64,000 bases of DNA, from positions 93,124,001 to 93,188,000 of the forward strand of contig NC_087436.1 of the NCBI RefSeq assembly GCF_036321535.1, in the 5' to 3' direction. The number at the start of each line of letters is the position of its first letter. The stretch's first letter is position 1. Below the pieces are notes generated by a model. It saw nothing but the letters and a program-made list of their open reading frames with translations, made no database searches and was not told the DNA's origin. Made by a program: the position numbers and the translations under genes. This DNA comes from Camelus dromedarius (lineage: Eukaryota). Of this stretch, positions 1 to 11,026 are shown piece by piece.

Positions 1-1834
1 GTTGTCCTACAGAAAATAGAAAAGTAAAGGTGAGTATAAAAAAAAATCACTAATAAAGAGTTTTTTTAATGGAAGTAGATGAATCAACAGACTATCAAGT
101 ACAAAAATGGCCAGACAAATCACACTTGGTATAAGCATCCTAACCAAAAAAAAAAGCAATTAATACAGTTTAATTGTGAGGGTAGGGGTACTTAGAACGA
201 TAAAAGGAATACTCAATTCACCTATTGACTGTGTTTATATAACTTTCAGCACTAATAAAGCACTTCAGGATTAATAATTAGCCATATTGTGAACTAGCAT
301 AAGCGTCATCTGAAGTGAGAGGGAAAATTGGGTTTACCGCTAATTTAAGATTATCCTGCAACACTGAGTGTTTTACACAGAGTTATTACTCAATAAACCT
401 TCGTTGCAAGGAAGCACAAGTTCCCAACGTGTGTCCTTGCTCAGTCGCACAGTTATGTCACGGAGTTCATCTGACTACTTCGCCCGACGCTCAAACTGGC
501 CACACACTCCCGTTTGATTATAAAGAGGACTCTTTCCGAATCACAGATAGACAGACAGATGGAAGCGACAGGGAAGTCACCAGATCTCCGCAGCTTCCTC
601 TGGTCACTTGTGCAGGCACCGCACTGGAGTGGGACAGCGGTTCCCTCTCACACAGAGCTGGGTTTGGATCTTAGATCTGTAATTACCAGCCTTGTTGGAT
701 GAGGGCATCAGTTTCTCATGGTAGGTTACAGATGAAACTTCCCACTCTCGAAGGCTGTGTGAGGAGGGAGGAAATGGGAAACCTGGAATGCATCTGGTAG
801 GCAGCCTACAGGCCTCACTTCCTTCTTGCCTTTCATGCTAACTGCTTTCCGGGAGCCCACAGACTCAGGGCCCAGCACCCCATCAGGGCACCTGGGGAGT
901 AAGTGAGAGCAGGGTGGGGGTGGTGGTGGCAGGGCACACCAGTCAGTTCCTGGGTCACTAACCTGCCCTCACCAGCTGGGATCTGGTGCAATCCACTCAC
1001 GTAACGTCTCCCTACCTCAGGCTTCCCATTCGTGAACTGGAGCCAACAGCTACTCAACCTACCTGTGAATTCCCAGGAGAAGGTGCGCTTGAGGGGGCAG
1101 AGGGCCGTGGTCATAAAGTAGAGCACAGATATCATCCCTGCTCCCCGAGACCAGTGTTACCACGAGGCTCTGAGCAGTCATATTATGATTCAGAAGAATG
1201 TAAAACATAGATTAAATCCAGATGGTAAGGACGGCTACAATAGTAATTTTTAAATTAGGGGATTACTGAAGATTCTTCACGCTCCCCACTCCACCCTCTG
1301 TCCCACTGTCATCAAGGTCCTTTGTGAAGCAGAATTCCATCACTTCCTTGCTTATGGTGGCGCTTCAATTATGCAGAAACACTCCTCACTCCTCTGCCGC
1401 ACATTAACCAGGCAGCCCACACTTTCAACAAAAGTCTCTCACTAAACAGCAACAGAAACTTCAGTGTAGAGGACCTTAACCCAGACCACAAACCCCAGGA
1501 TTTTATTATCTCCCTATTTTCATTTTAAATCAAGTCAGGGCATGGAACGGAAATCCCACGTCTAGAAAGCACTGTTTGCTAATGTTAAAATTAACTTAAA
1601 TAACAAGTTTTATAAGTGGTATATATCTTCTTTGGATCTGGAGACCCTCCTGGAATCAGAATGAAATCAAGTAGGTCAGAAAGAAGGTCAACTCCTTTAC
1701 CCAGAGGTGCCTATGTGAGATAGGAAAAATAAAAGAGTTTCTCCCACTTATGCTGCTCACAAGATGAGAGTCAGAAAGAACGGTTAACAGGACAGTTCAC
1801 AACTAACTATTCTTTCCACACCTGCTTACATGCA

Positions 1835-1871
1835 AAAAAAAAACAAAAAAAAAAAAACCAAAAAAAAAAAC
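1835..1871. repeat. A-rich tract (U-rich in the pre-mRNA)
   Basis: aaaaaaaaaacaaaaaaaaaaaaccaaaaaaaaaaac, with no recognisable parent element. Confidence 0.9.
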
Positions 1872-2038
1872 AAACCTCTGCAGACTGGGCCAATTTTAAT
1901 CATTTCATTTCCGCTGGCAAAAGCAGGTAAGTGGCACTGATGAACCAGAAAGCATTAATAACATAGTCAAAGCATGGGTCAAGGCTGAACTCAAGACTAG
2001 GGAAACAAAGTCACAATGGCTCAGGATAATCTCCTGAC

Positions 2039-2299
2039 CTCTTATCTTTTGTTGGTGGACCCTTGGCAGATTCTTCCACATTGTGTTGCTTTGCAAATGG
2101 AACCGGAAGGAACTGGTTTGGGTTGGATCTAATGTATTTAAGAGACATCCCAGTTCTCCTGGCCATTATGTCATCTTTGTGTGAATCATACAACTTTCTT
2201 TGGCCCCTCAGTCCACTGCCACACCAGGCAGGAGCTGTCATCTTCTCTGACTTCTCTTCTCTCTCTGAAGCCTCCCATTCAGAGGCCAGAGGACATGAA
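2039..2299 (-). CDS. LIMCH1: LIMCH1 cassette exon G, 261 nt, phase 2-2
   Basis: gtgccctag|TTCATGTCC...GATAAGAG|gtcagg translates SCPLASEWEASEREEKSEKMTAPAWCGSGLRGQRKLYDSHKDDIMARRTGMSLKYIRSNPNQFLPVPFAKQHNVEESAKGPPTKDK(R). Confidence 0.92.
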
Positions 2300-2564
2300 C
2301 TAGGGCACGTTCAGCCCAGCCAGTCAAAGGGCACTTATTACTCAAGATACTTTCGGTAGCATCACGCACTTGGCATTAACTCAAGAAAGAAGAAGCCATG
2401 TTCATGGAGGCAGCAGCACACATAGCAACTGAGTATTAATACCATGGACTTCCATCATGCAGCTGATACTTACATGGCAATGGCTTTCCCTTTCTGGTTT
2501 TCATGATTCCTGAGAATGAATTTGGCCAGCACCCAACCACGTGCTAAGGCTAAAATCTCTACCC

Positions 2565-2579
2565 GGGGGGGGGGGGGGG
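2565..2579. repeat. G15 homopolymer
   Basis: cccggggggggggggggg c, read directly from the sequence. Confidence 0.9.
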
Positions 2580-2748
2580 CACTGAAAGCAGAACTCTGAC
2601 CCTGGGATGGGCGCATTCCTGTGAGTGACTGCACTCCACACCACAGCAGTCAAGTGTACACTGTGGCTTTATTAAGCTCGTTTGGGGGGGACATAGCAGC
2701 CACGCACAGCAGAGGCAGCACACCCTGGAATGCAGGCAAGGTGCTCAC

Positions 2749-2860
2749 AGTGGCTGGCCGCTCTCCTTGGATCTTTCAGCCTTGGGCGCCATCTCAGAAT
2801 CTCTTTGAGCAACTCCTTCATTCTCCTGTTTGCCATCCTGTGGCAGCTGTTTGCGTGTAA
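2749..2860 (-). CDS. LIMCH1: LIMCH1 cassette exon F, 112 nt, phase 1 to 2
   Basis: ctggctttag|TTACACGC...CAGCCACT|gtgagc translates (V)TRKQLPQDGKQENEGVAQRDSEMAPKAERSKESGQP(L). It lies in ORF 2745..3044. Confidence 0.87.
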
Positions 2861-2945
2861 CTAAAGCCAGACAGGACAGCTTTACTACTAGGAAAGATTT
2901 CACACCAGAGGCCCTGGCCCCACCTGCCACCCTTCTCCTCCTCAC

Positions 2946-3064
2946 CTTCCTCTGTCCTCCTTGGGCACACGCCCAAATGGCAGCTATGCTCCTCCTGGGA
3001 CCCCGGCACCAGAGCAAGCTGCGAGACCCTTTTGCAACTGTCATCTACACCAGAAGTCTCTATT
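2946..3064 (-). CDS. LIMCH1: LIMCH1 cassette exon E, 119 nt, phase 2 to 1
   Basis: attatcaacag|AATAGAGACT...GAGGAAG|gtgagg translates IETSGVDDSCKRVSQLALVPGSQEEHSCHLGVCPRRTEE. Splicing to exon F gives TEEVTRKQLPQDGK, matching the recalled human TEEVTSKQLPQDGK. Confidence 0.85.
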
Positions 3065-4351
3065 CTGTTGATAATCAAGTGGCATTGGTGGCAAGAGAGA
3101 AGACGAAAAAGAGTTATGAAAGGAGACAATGAAAGTGGTTGAGAATGAAAGGTTATGAGACAGAGTTCAGGTGCTCTCATTCCATGAGCTGGTTAGTAAG
3201 GATGACAGACTCAGACTATGTAATAGAATGTGGACCCTGGCAAGAGCCTGAGAAAGGCAAAGAAGGCTGGCATGACTCTGTCCCCAGGGGGCTGAGTGAT
3301 GACCCCTTAAGTAGTCAAGGACTCACAGATGCATTTCTTACTCCCAATTCTGCACCATTGGGCCCCCTCAGCCACTGAAACCCCAACAGTGCATTTCTGG
3401 GGTACTAGGATTATTTATATCCACAGCCTTCTCTATGGTGTCATCACAGTATGGAACCAAAGAAACCCCTCCCTACACTTTGGATATCAAGGGCAAAGCC
3501 TGGAGGAGAATGTCCTGAGCATTTTCCCCTGCCCTGGAGGGCTTTACGTGGCCGCCATCATGCGGGTGGAGTGGAGGTTCCCGGGAGAATCCAGAATCTT
3601 ATAAATGTCCTATCCCTGCTTAGTGGAGGAAAGACCAGCTCATAGAACTGAATCACCGAAAGAGGGCTTGGGAATTCAAAGCTGGAAGACCTCCAGGGAG
3701 GATGAGGACCGGTGACAGGCTTACAAGGCCTTTTCCCAGGTGATCCCTCACAAATTCGGATTGTGATTCAGCCAAGGAAACTCCTGACTCATAGAAACCG
3801 TCCAGAGAAGAGTCTTTTTCCACTCAAGATTTGTTATATAATTTTAAGAAGTGGAGAGAGAGGGAGATGTTTATTTCTGTGTGTGTGTCTACTTAGATGT
3901 TCAAAATTTGAACTTACGATACAAATAACTATTTTTTCCTCCCTTTGTGGGATAAGAAAGAGGGATGGTGTAGATAAACCTGATTTTTATCAATATATGT
4001 TTAGAAGAAACACAGAGGGTATCATTAAAACATTCCATCTCATCTGTTTAATATTTCCAATGAATAAAATAGTGCTTAATGCAGCCGATGGGAAAAGGGT
4101 CATTTGCCAAAATTATTGGCTTTCCCGGGCAGTGATTCTGGTGACAACAGAATCAGAATGGATGAATGTCATTTAATTTCACAGGTTTCCCCCCAGGGGA
4201 AGCTACTAACATTACTTCTCTGCTAACCAGCAAAGAGCCTGTTAAAACGAGGTCACCTCTGGTGGTTTCTTTAATGTGCTTCAGCAGACTCTTTAAAAGC
4301 GGCAGTGACTCCTGCACAGATCTAGCACACATACGGAGCGGCGAAGAATAC

Positions 4352-4678
4352 CTGTAGCCATTCTGTGGGTTAAGCGTTTGGTCTTCCAAGCGGGACGCGG
4401 CTGCCGAGGCAGGGGACACAGAGCACGTCTGCGTCCTGCTGCTGTGACCAACGGCTTCCTCTCCGTCCTGCCTAGGCCCGGCCTTGCCAATGCTGAGCCG
4501 CTTCCAGGTCTGCTGATCCATCTCTGTCACTGGGCCAAAGTGCACAAACTTTTGCCTAGGGCTGGAAGCTTTCTTATAGGCCCCTGCCTTGCGGCTGGCA
4601 AAGTCATCACGGATGGCAGTTTCTGCTTTAATTTCTGGTAGAGGCTCAGGGACACACATGTGTTCAACATCTCCATCC
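4352..4678 (-). CDS. LIMCH1: LIMCH1 cassette exon D, 327 nt, phase 2-2
   Basis: ttctgactag|GGATGGAGAT...GGCTACAG|gtattc translates DGDVEHMCVPEPLPEIKAETAIRDDFASRKAGAYKKASSPRQKFVHFGPVTEMDQQTWKRLSIG...NPQNGY(R). It lies in ORF 4153..4659. Confidence 0.92.
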
Positions 4679-5214
4679 CTAGTCAGAACCAGAAATAAGT
4701 TCCAAAGGTTTCTAAGGTGAGTACAAATCCATGAAGGGTTTTTTAAAAAATACTAGATGGATGAAAAATACTGTGATGGCTAAAGCAGAAGTGCTTTTCC
4801 ATTAATCAATCAAATGAAGAAATGATCATTGTCCTGCTTGTTCTTATAAATAGTACTTTAAGCTTCCATAGCTTTCAAAATATCACTTCCAATGTCATAA
4901 ATGATGGCATGAGAAAAATCTGAGGTACAATGAAATCATTAAAATTATTTAAAAATCAATTTAAATTCCTTAATAGTGAACAAGCCTATCAAAATAAGCA
5001 TTTACAATAAGTTGATTGAATTAAAGAGGATGTTTTCCATCCATGTGGCTTGTAACTTTCAGTATTAATAAGTTTCAATTCATGCAGAATATGCTCTGTG
5101 TTTTGAGAGGCATTTTTTTCTGGCCACGAAAATAAAAATGCTGGAAGGATAAGCATTTGATTCCTTCAAAGTTAAAGGATACCACTGTGAGGGGGAAACC
5201 AGGGGAAGACACAC

Positions 5215-5457
5215 CTTGTCTTTCCTGACACTTTCAGTCTCTCCCATGTCTCCAGGTCGGCTTCTGTTATATTGGAGACTGTGACAAAGCTCGGAACCTC
5301 GCGGCGAGGGCCAAGCCTGCCCTGAATTCTCCGCTGCGCCAGGTCATCCTTGTAAAGATCGGGCATCTTCCTGAGTCCCTCCTCCGCAGGCTTACTCTCC
5401 TGAGCCCGTGTAATACAGGTCACCCTTGACTTCACCTCTTCTGTCTGGCCCTGCTTT
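5215..5457 (-). CDS. LIMCH1: LIMCH1 cassette exon C, 243 nt, phase 2-2
   Basis: aattgacag|AAAGCAGGGC...GACAAG|gtgtgt translates KQGQTEEVKSRVTCITRAQESKPAEEGLRKMPDLYKDDLAQRRIQGRLGPRREVPSFVTVSNITEADLETWERLKVSGKT(R). It lies in ORF 5172..5537. Confidence 0.92.
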
Positions 5458-7895
5458 CTGTCAATTTGATCCAGGCCCCACATCATCGGAAAAATCAGGT
5501 TCCAGGAAAGGGAGCAGATAAACAGAATGTCAAGCATGGAAATTCAGAGGCTGAGTTCAGAATGGAATGATGGAAGCACCTTTCCCTTTCTCAAAAATAT
5601 GGAATCAATTGCAGCCTTGATTACTTTCGTCTAAGCTACCCTTTTGACACTGCAATGAGATGGAGTTTTTCCACCAGATGACGGTCTCTAGTTAGTTTAG
5701 GAAGAGAAGCCAGGGCTTGCTGAAAGACTATTAAGAATGGTAATGAGATTTCAGTTTGACAGTAATGATGCCCAGTTCCCACACTATTCAAGTTACTATA
5801 ATGAATTCAAGTTTTCTGATTGAATCCCTGAGCCCTCTTGGAATGTCTTTTATTGCAGCAGTAAAATGTTAGTAACGAGCTTTGCATGATCCAAATTCTA
5901 GGATTAGTTTGGAGATAGCTGGAACATTGTTCACATATTAAACATATCAACCATAAACCCTCCTACTGCCAGAAAGTACGGTTAGGCCAGTTCTGAATAG
6001 AAAATTTCCATGTTCAAAGTCAGTCTCTGCCTCCTGATAGCATTAATTAGGTTTGGCTAATATAAACTTGAAGAACAAATGGAGAGGGTAACCTCGCTTT
6101 ACCTGGCTCCACACTGTCAATACCCCTTTGTTCTTGTATTAGTAATGGTTCACCTTTATTACAGCCAAAACTGGTATTTTCAATTGTTCTCCTGAGAAGT
6201 GAATGTTAGATGGCTAATGTTAACAATATAGTGATTTAAACTAAAGCTGTGGCATCTATATGCATAAACATTCTACCACATTAAAAACCTATTTCTAACT
6301 ATGTTTCTTGAGATAGAAAGTCTCAAAAATATACATAAATAGGGCTATTCATTTTTTTTTCAAAATCTATCTTCCAAATGAGAAAACAAAGAGGTATTCT
6401 TTTGTTACATGGATGTCTTGGTGTATTTACAGAGCCTATGCCAATAGGAAGGCTACAGAATTTTCTATTTACTTTCAGTTTGGGGAAAGGGATCACAGAA
6501 GGGCACTGCAAAGAGCCACCAGGGAGCCTTCTTTTTTTTCATCAGTTCTTTGAAGCTCTCCAGAGAGGTCATGGACTGTCCCAGACCCAGAGCTAAGTCC
6601 CCAAATACAGAGTCAGGTGACAACAGACAAATGGGGCTGGAAATACTAGGAATTAAAATTGCATGCGGGAGAAAGGAAAAAAGGGAGGTACAAAAGCTAC
6701 TCCTTTTCCTAACTCAAGTTGCTGATCCTCATCAATACACCTTGAAGCTAGTCTGTTATCCAGAAGCCTTTTTTTCACTTGCAACAAAGTGATCTCTCCC
6801 ACAAGGCCCCCTGAGAATGGTTTGACAAGGCATGCCAGCAAGACCTGCAAAGGCCGAGAGCCTCCTGAAGCTACAATATGTCCTATAAAATGTGCCAGGT
6901 CTTCTGTGCCCTAATCCCATGCTCTATGTACAGAGACCTTTCATGTGTTTTGTATCTGATACCTCCTAAATAAAAATATAAAAAACAATAAAAAACTGCT
7001 CTCAATGATTCTGCCCGAAGAACCACTCGAATTGTGTGAAACACAGCTGAGATATTCATATTCTTAGCTCAACAGACATACAAACCTCTTAAGTGACAGG
7101 CCACAATATGGCAATTAAATAGTAAAGATGTGAACTCTAACTGATTTTGACATAAGGAAAAATACAAGAATGATGGACTCTGCATGCTGACATTTAGCAT
7201 GCTGACGGCTTCAATGAAATCATATCCCTCTTAGGATAAAAATCAGTGGCCAAATCACATTTCATTACATTTTCCTTTCCCTAATTAAGAGGATGGGAGA
7301 ACTTTGGGAGAAGGAAACTCACTTAAAAAATAATTTCCATGACAGAACAAACAGAAGTGTGTTGCATATTGGAGAAGTTTTTTTGGTAAGAGATATCCAT
7401 CATCAGATGTTGAGGTGATCTTGCTGGGGTTAGGGAAGAAACAGCAAGCCTCACTTTTTTCCTTTCCAATTTCTGAAAGGGGCCAGTAAGAGGGAAGAGC
7501 TCATAGCGAAGGAATAACTATGGTTTCTGCCTGCTGTGGATGGACTGGAGCAGCCTTGAGAGGTTCCTGTTCCCTGATCAGCAATAGTATGTGTCTATTT
7601 ATGCCAATAATGCCAGTGTGTGACACCAGCCCCCATATGTGGTGATGCGCCAGACACAGCACTGATGCTCCATATTTAATTGGTGAATTCAACCCTGTTT
7701 TAGACATGGCCATTCTACTCCCTGCCATCTGCACTTAGGGGAGATTGGATATCTGGAGTTTCACTTCAAAATAAACCACCATTACCAATTACGTAATTAG
7801 GGCAGGAAAGAGAGGAATGGGGTGCGGGGGCCTCTGATATAAATCACCTCCTAATTACACTCTCTGTTTCATACACACACACATAGAGTGCACAC

Positions 7896-8183
7896 CTTTT
7901 ATGTTCTAGACTTTTCTTTCCTGAGATTCCCTTTGAGGGTTGTTTGCTGCCGTCTGATTTCTCTGCCTCTCTTTTCAGGTAAGGCCCATAGAGGAGTTGA
8001 TTCAGTGGCACCATTGGCTTGGGCTGGTTCATCCTTGCTCTCCGGGCAGCAAAGTCATCTTTCTCAAGATCAGGCAGTCGACCTGCAGCTTCATCTTCTG
8101 ACTCGGAGTCTTTGCCATGTTGGTTTTCTTTGCGAAGGATAATATCTTGAACAGCTTCTTTCTTACCACTTAACAGCTTTTGA
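7896..8183 (-). CDS. LIMCH1: LIMCH1 cassette exon B, 288 nt, phase 2-2
   Basis: gctctatcag|TCAAAAGCTG...CATAAAAG|gtgtgc translates (S)QKLLSGKKEAVQDIILRKENQHGKDSESEDEAAGRLPDLEKDDFAARRARMNQPKPMVPLNQLLYGPYLKREAEKSDGSKQPSKGISGKKSLEHK(R). Confidence 0.93.
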
Positions 8184-9774
8184 CTGATAGAGCAAAATTA
8201 AATGGAACTCCACAGGTGATCAGACCAAAATAGTTCTTAAATCCCCATCTCCAGGCAGGCAACTGTCTTGTTAGTGAAAGGTCTTCTTAATATCGTTAGT
8301 CCAGATGACATCTGTCTATTACTTTAGTCCAGAGTTGCAGCATAGTTAGGGTGGGATTCAAAACTTTGAATTTAGCCAGCTACTAACAATACTCAAAATT
8401 CATTTATCTAACAGGACCTCATCAGCGTCAGAAAGGCAGGATCCTAAATGGCTCTGAAAGTGACAATCTGAATTCTTTCTTTTCATGAGATGGGGAAAAG
8501 TAAGAAGCATTTTGTTGTTATTTTTTCTTTAGCACATGAGTCATGCACCCCAGTAGGTACTCAATTTGTTTTTGACTGATCAGGGCAAAATTTTGAGCCA
8601 CTAAGAAACTGATCTGGGGGAATGCTAATGAATGCAGCAATGTGGCAGCACACCTAGAATGTGTACCAGACTGCAAGGTGTAAGGATGGTCTTTCTGCAC
8701 TGAGCTGACCTGAAACATCTGGAATAGTTTATGACCATTTATAGGATGAACCCAAGGCACAAAAGCGTACCTTGCCCTGCACCCTCCCATCAGCAACCCT
8801 TTCTCCATCTTCTATCCCAATGACTCTCCACCTCTCAGCTATTCTTTGTCATATGCTAGATGTTAAGTAAATGGTGTTAAGACATTTTGCCAAAATGTTT
8901 GCTTAGGGCTCTTTCCATTTTCAAAGAAATCTTGAAGGTCCTAAACTTTAAATTCTTAGAGAAATGTAGTTTAATGTTGGAATATCAGGACTTTTTATGC
9001 TTTGTTTTGTTTTTCGTTTCTACTGGGAGTGGGTGGGGTAGAATACAGTTGATAGCGTCTATCTGCCATTCAAACGAACTCTTCCCCCTTACTTGTAAGA
9101 TCAGCCTTACTTCTAAGTCATAATAAAATGATGAAACTTGTTTTAAAAATTATTTATTATCTTCTCAGTTCATAAAGATGATAAGTAAATAAAACATCTT
9201 GACTTCTAAAGAAAGCTCACCTACTTTGTATCTGATTTCTGACAGAGGATTAGGAGTAAATTCTTAAGGGACAAGTCATTTCAGAAATGAAGATGGGAGG
9301 ATTTAGCTGGGCTAAGAGTAAGATGAGCAAGGAAATGCCATCTGCTCTGGTTGACCAGGTGGCCTGCTGTCTGCTGCTCCAGCCTGTACTGCTGCAGAGG
9401 AGGCCATCATCTTGTGATGATGGCAGGTCTTCACTCCCTCTGACTTTTGGAAAATCAAACCATCATAAGTCATGTCCAGAAAACTCCTTCTCCCTGCTGC
9501 CCACTGTTTTCAATAAAATTTTAAAATATGGAATTTGGAGGTAGGTGAAATCCTGCCCTTTGAGTTGCACACCTAGCTCTTGGTCTCCTGCCTGGCCACT
9601 CCTGAACCATGCTCACTCTCCTCCCGGCCTCCTTAGCCAGCAAGTCTGGCAAGAATCAACTGGTGTTGGGTTGGCTGTGGCCATAAAGAATGGTCAGTAA
9701 GAAATGACTTGCCATTGAATTAATCTCTTTGAATATGCATTATTTAAAAAGCACATTGATGATGAGAAATAAGG

Positions 9775-9985
9775 TGGCTAACTATTATTGAGCTACACCA
9801 TGTGCTAGAATTCCTTCTAGTGTTAATTCAAATCATAATACTAGCCTTGCAATGCTAGTGTTATTAGCATGATCATTTCATAGAGTGGAAACTGAGATAA
9901 GGTTAAGAAATTTGCCAAAGGTCAAAGTGTCCCTGCTTAAGTTAAAATTCAAACCTAGGCAGACTGGCTCCAGAGGTCCTGTTCA
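9775..9985 (-). mobile_element. MIR
   Basis: MIR core in reverse: gaaactgagataaggttaagaaatttgccaaaggtca...attcaaacctaggcagactggctcc. Confidence 0.75.
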
Positions 9986-10879
9986 TAATACTGTACTATT
10001 ACACAAAGGGCATGGCCGGGAACAGTTTTGAAAGCAGAACGTCATACAAAAATAAGGCCTTATCATTACCATGGAAGAAGGAGAAAGAGAAGTATTTTGG
10101 TTATTAAATAAAGGGCTCCTGTGAGTTGTGCTTAGAATGGAGTTGTGATTTGCTTTGCTGGTTACAGACAGCAGTGTTCAGCCAGGATTAAGGACAGTGG
10201 AATGCTAACTAATCATACCTTACAATGCTTGCACAGCACTTTACAGTTTACAAAGCCCTTTCAAACTCATTATCTCATCTCAGCTGATCTGACTCCTATT
10301 TCAGTAAGGGAGCAGACCCTGAGTTCAGAGCTCTCAAGTCCAAAAACAACACTCCTTCCACTTTTAACAAAGGGTCCTGGGTTTCAGTCTCTCCCAATTC
10401 AGGCAGAATTCTTTGGAATAAAACATATGCATTTATGCAAATGGCCAGGCCAATTTGTAATGCCAATTTGAGCAGGGAGAATCTAGTGCCTTATGCATCC
10501 TGTGAGTCCAGCCAGGCTACAAAATCCCTGGGGTGTTTCTTTTCAGGCTAAATGCCCAGTGGGGCAGGATTCATTTCAAGAGATCTCAATTTAGATATGT
10601 GGACTTAAAAAAAGGAAGTGAAGAAAGCTTTGCATATCATTGGCCACTTAAAGCCACTCCCTGCCTACTTGAAAAAACAATCATAATGACTGATTTTCTG
10701 CTAATTGCTTGAATCCTGAAAATTCAGAGCTTCAAGGCAGACTCAGAGAAAGAAAAAATATAATGCAATAAATTCAGGGCTGGCACTGTTGGCCATGAAG
10801 TAATACATAATGTGTGTAAGGCAGATGTGTAGGATTGTGTTTACAGGTGTCTAGTTAGCAAAATATTTAAATGGCTTTA

Positions 10880-11026
10880 AAAAATTTTTAGATTTATTTT
10901 AAAATTTTTTGAGGGGGAGGTAATTAGGTTTTTATTTATTTATTTTTAATGGAGGTACTGGGGGTTGAACCCAGGACCTTGTGCATGCTAGGCACATACA
11001 GTACCACTAAGCTATACCTTGCCCCC
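10880..11026 (-). mobile_element. tRNA-derived SINE, camelid Vic-1-like
   Basis: Reverse complement ggggcaaggtatagcttagtgg...ggtcctgggttcaaccccagtacctcc has Pol III A/B-box-like motifs and an (AAAT)n tail. The TSD-like pair ttaaatggcttt (10867-10878) / ttacatgacttt (11027-11038) matches at 10 of 12 positions. Confidence 0.88.

Noticed and set aside
3712-4176. 154-aa plus-strand ORF
   Set aside because: It is antisense to the LIMCH1 intron, has AT-rich non-protein-like composition, and I recognise no homology.
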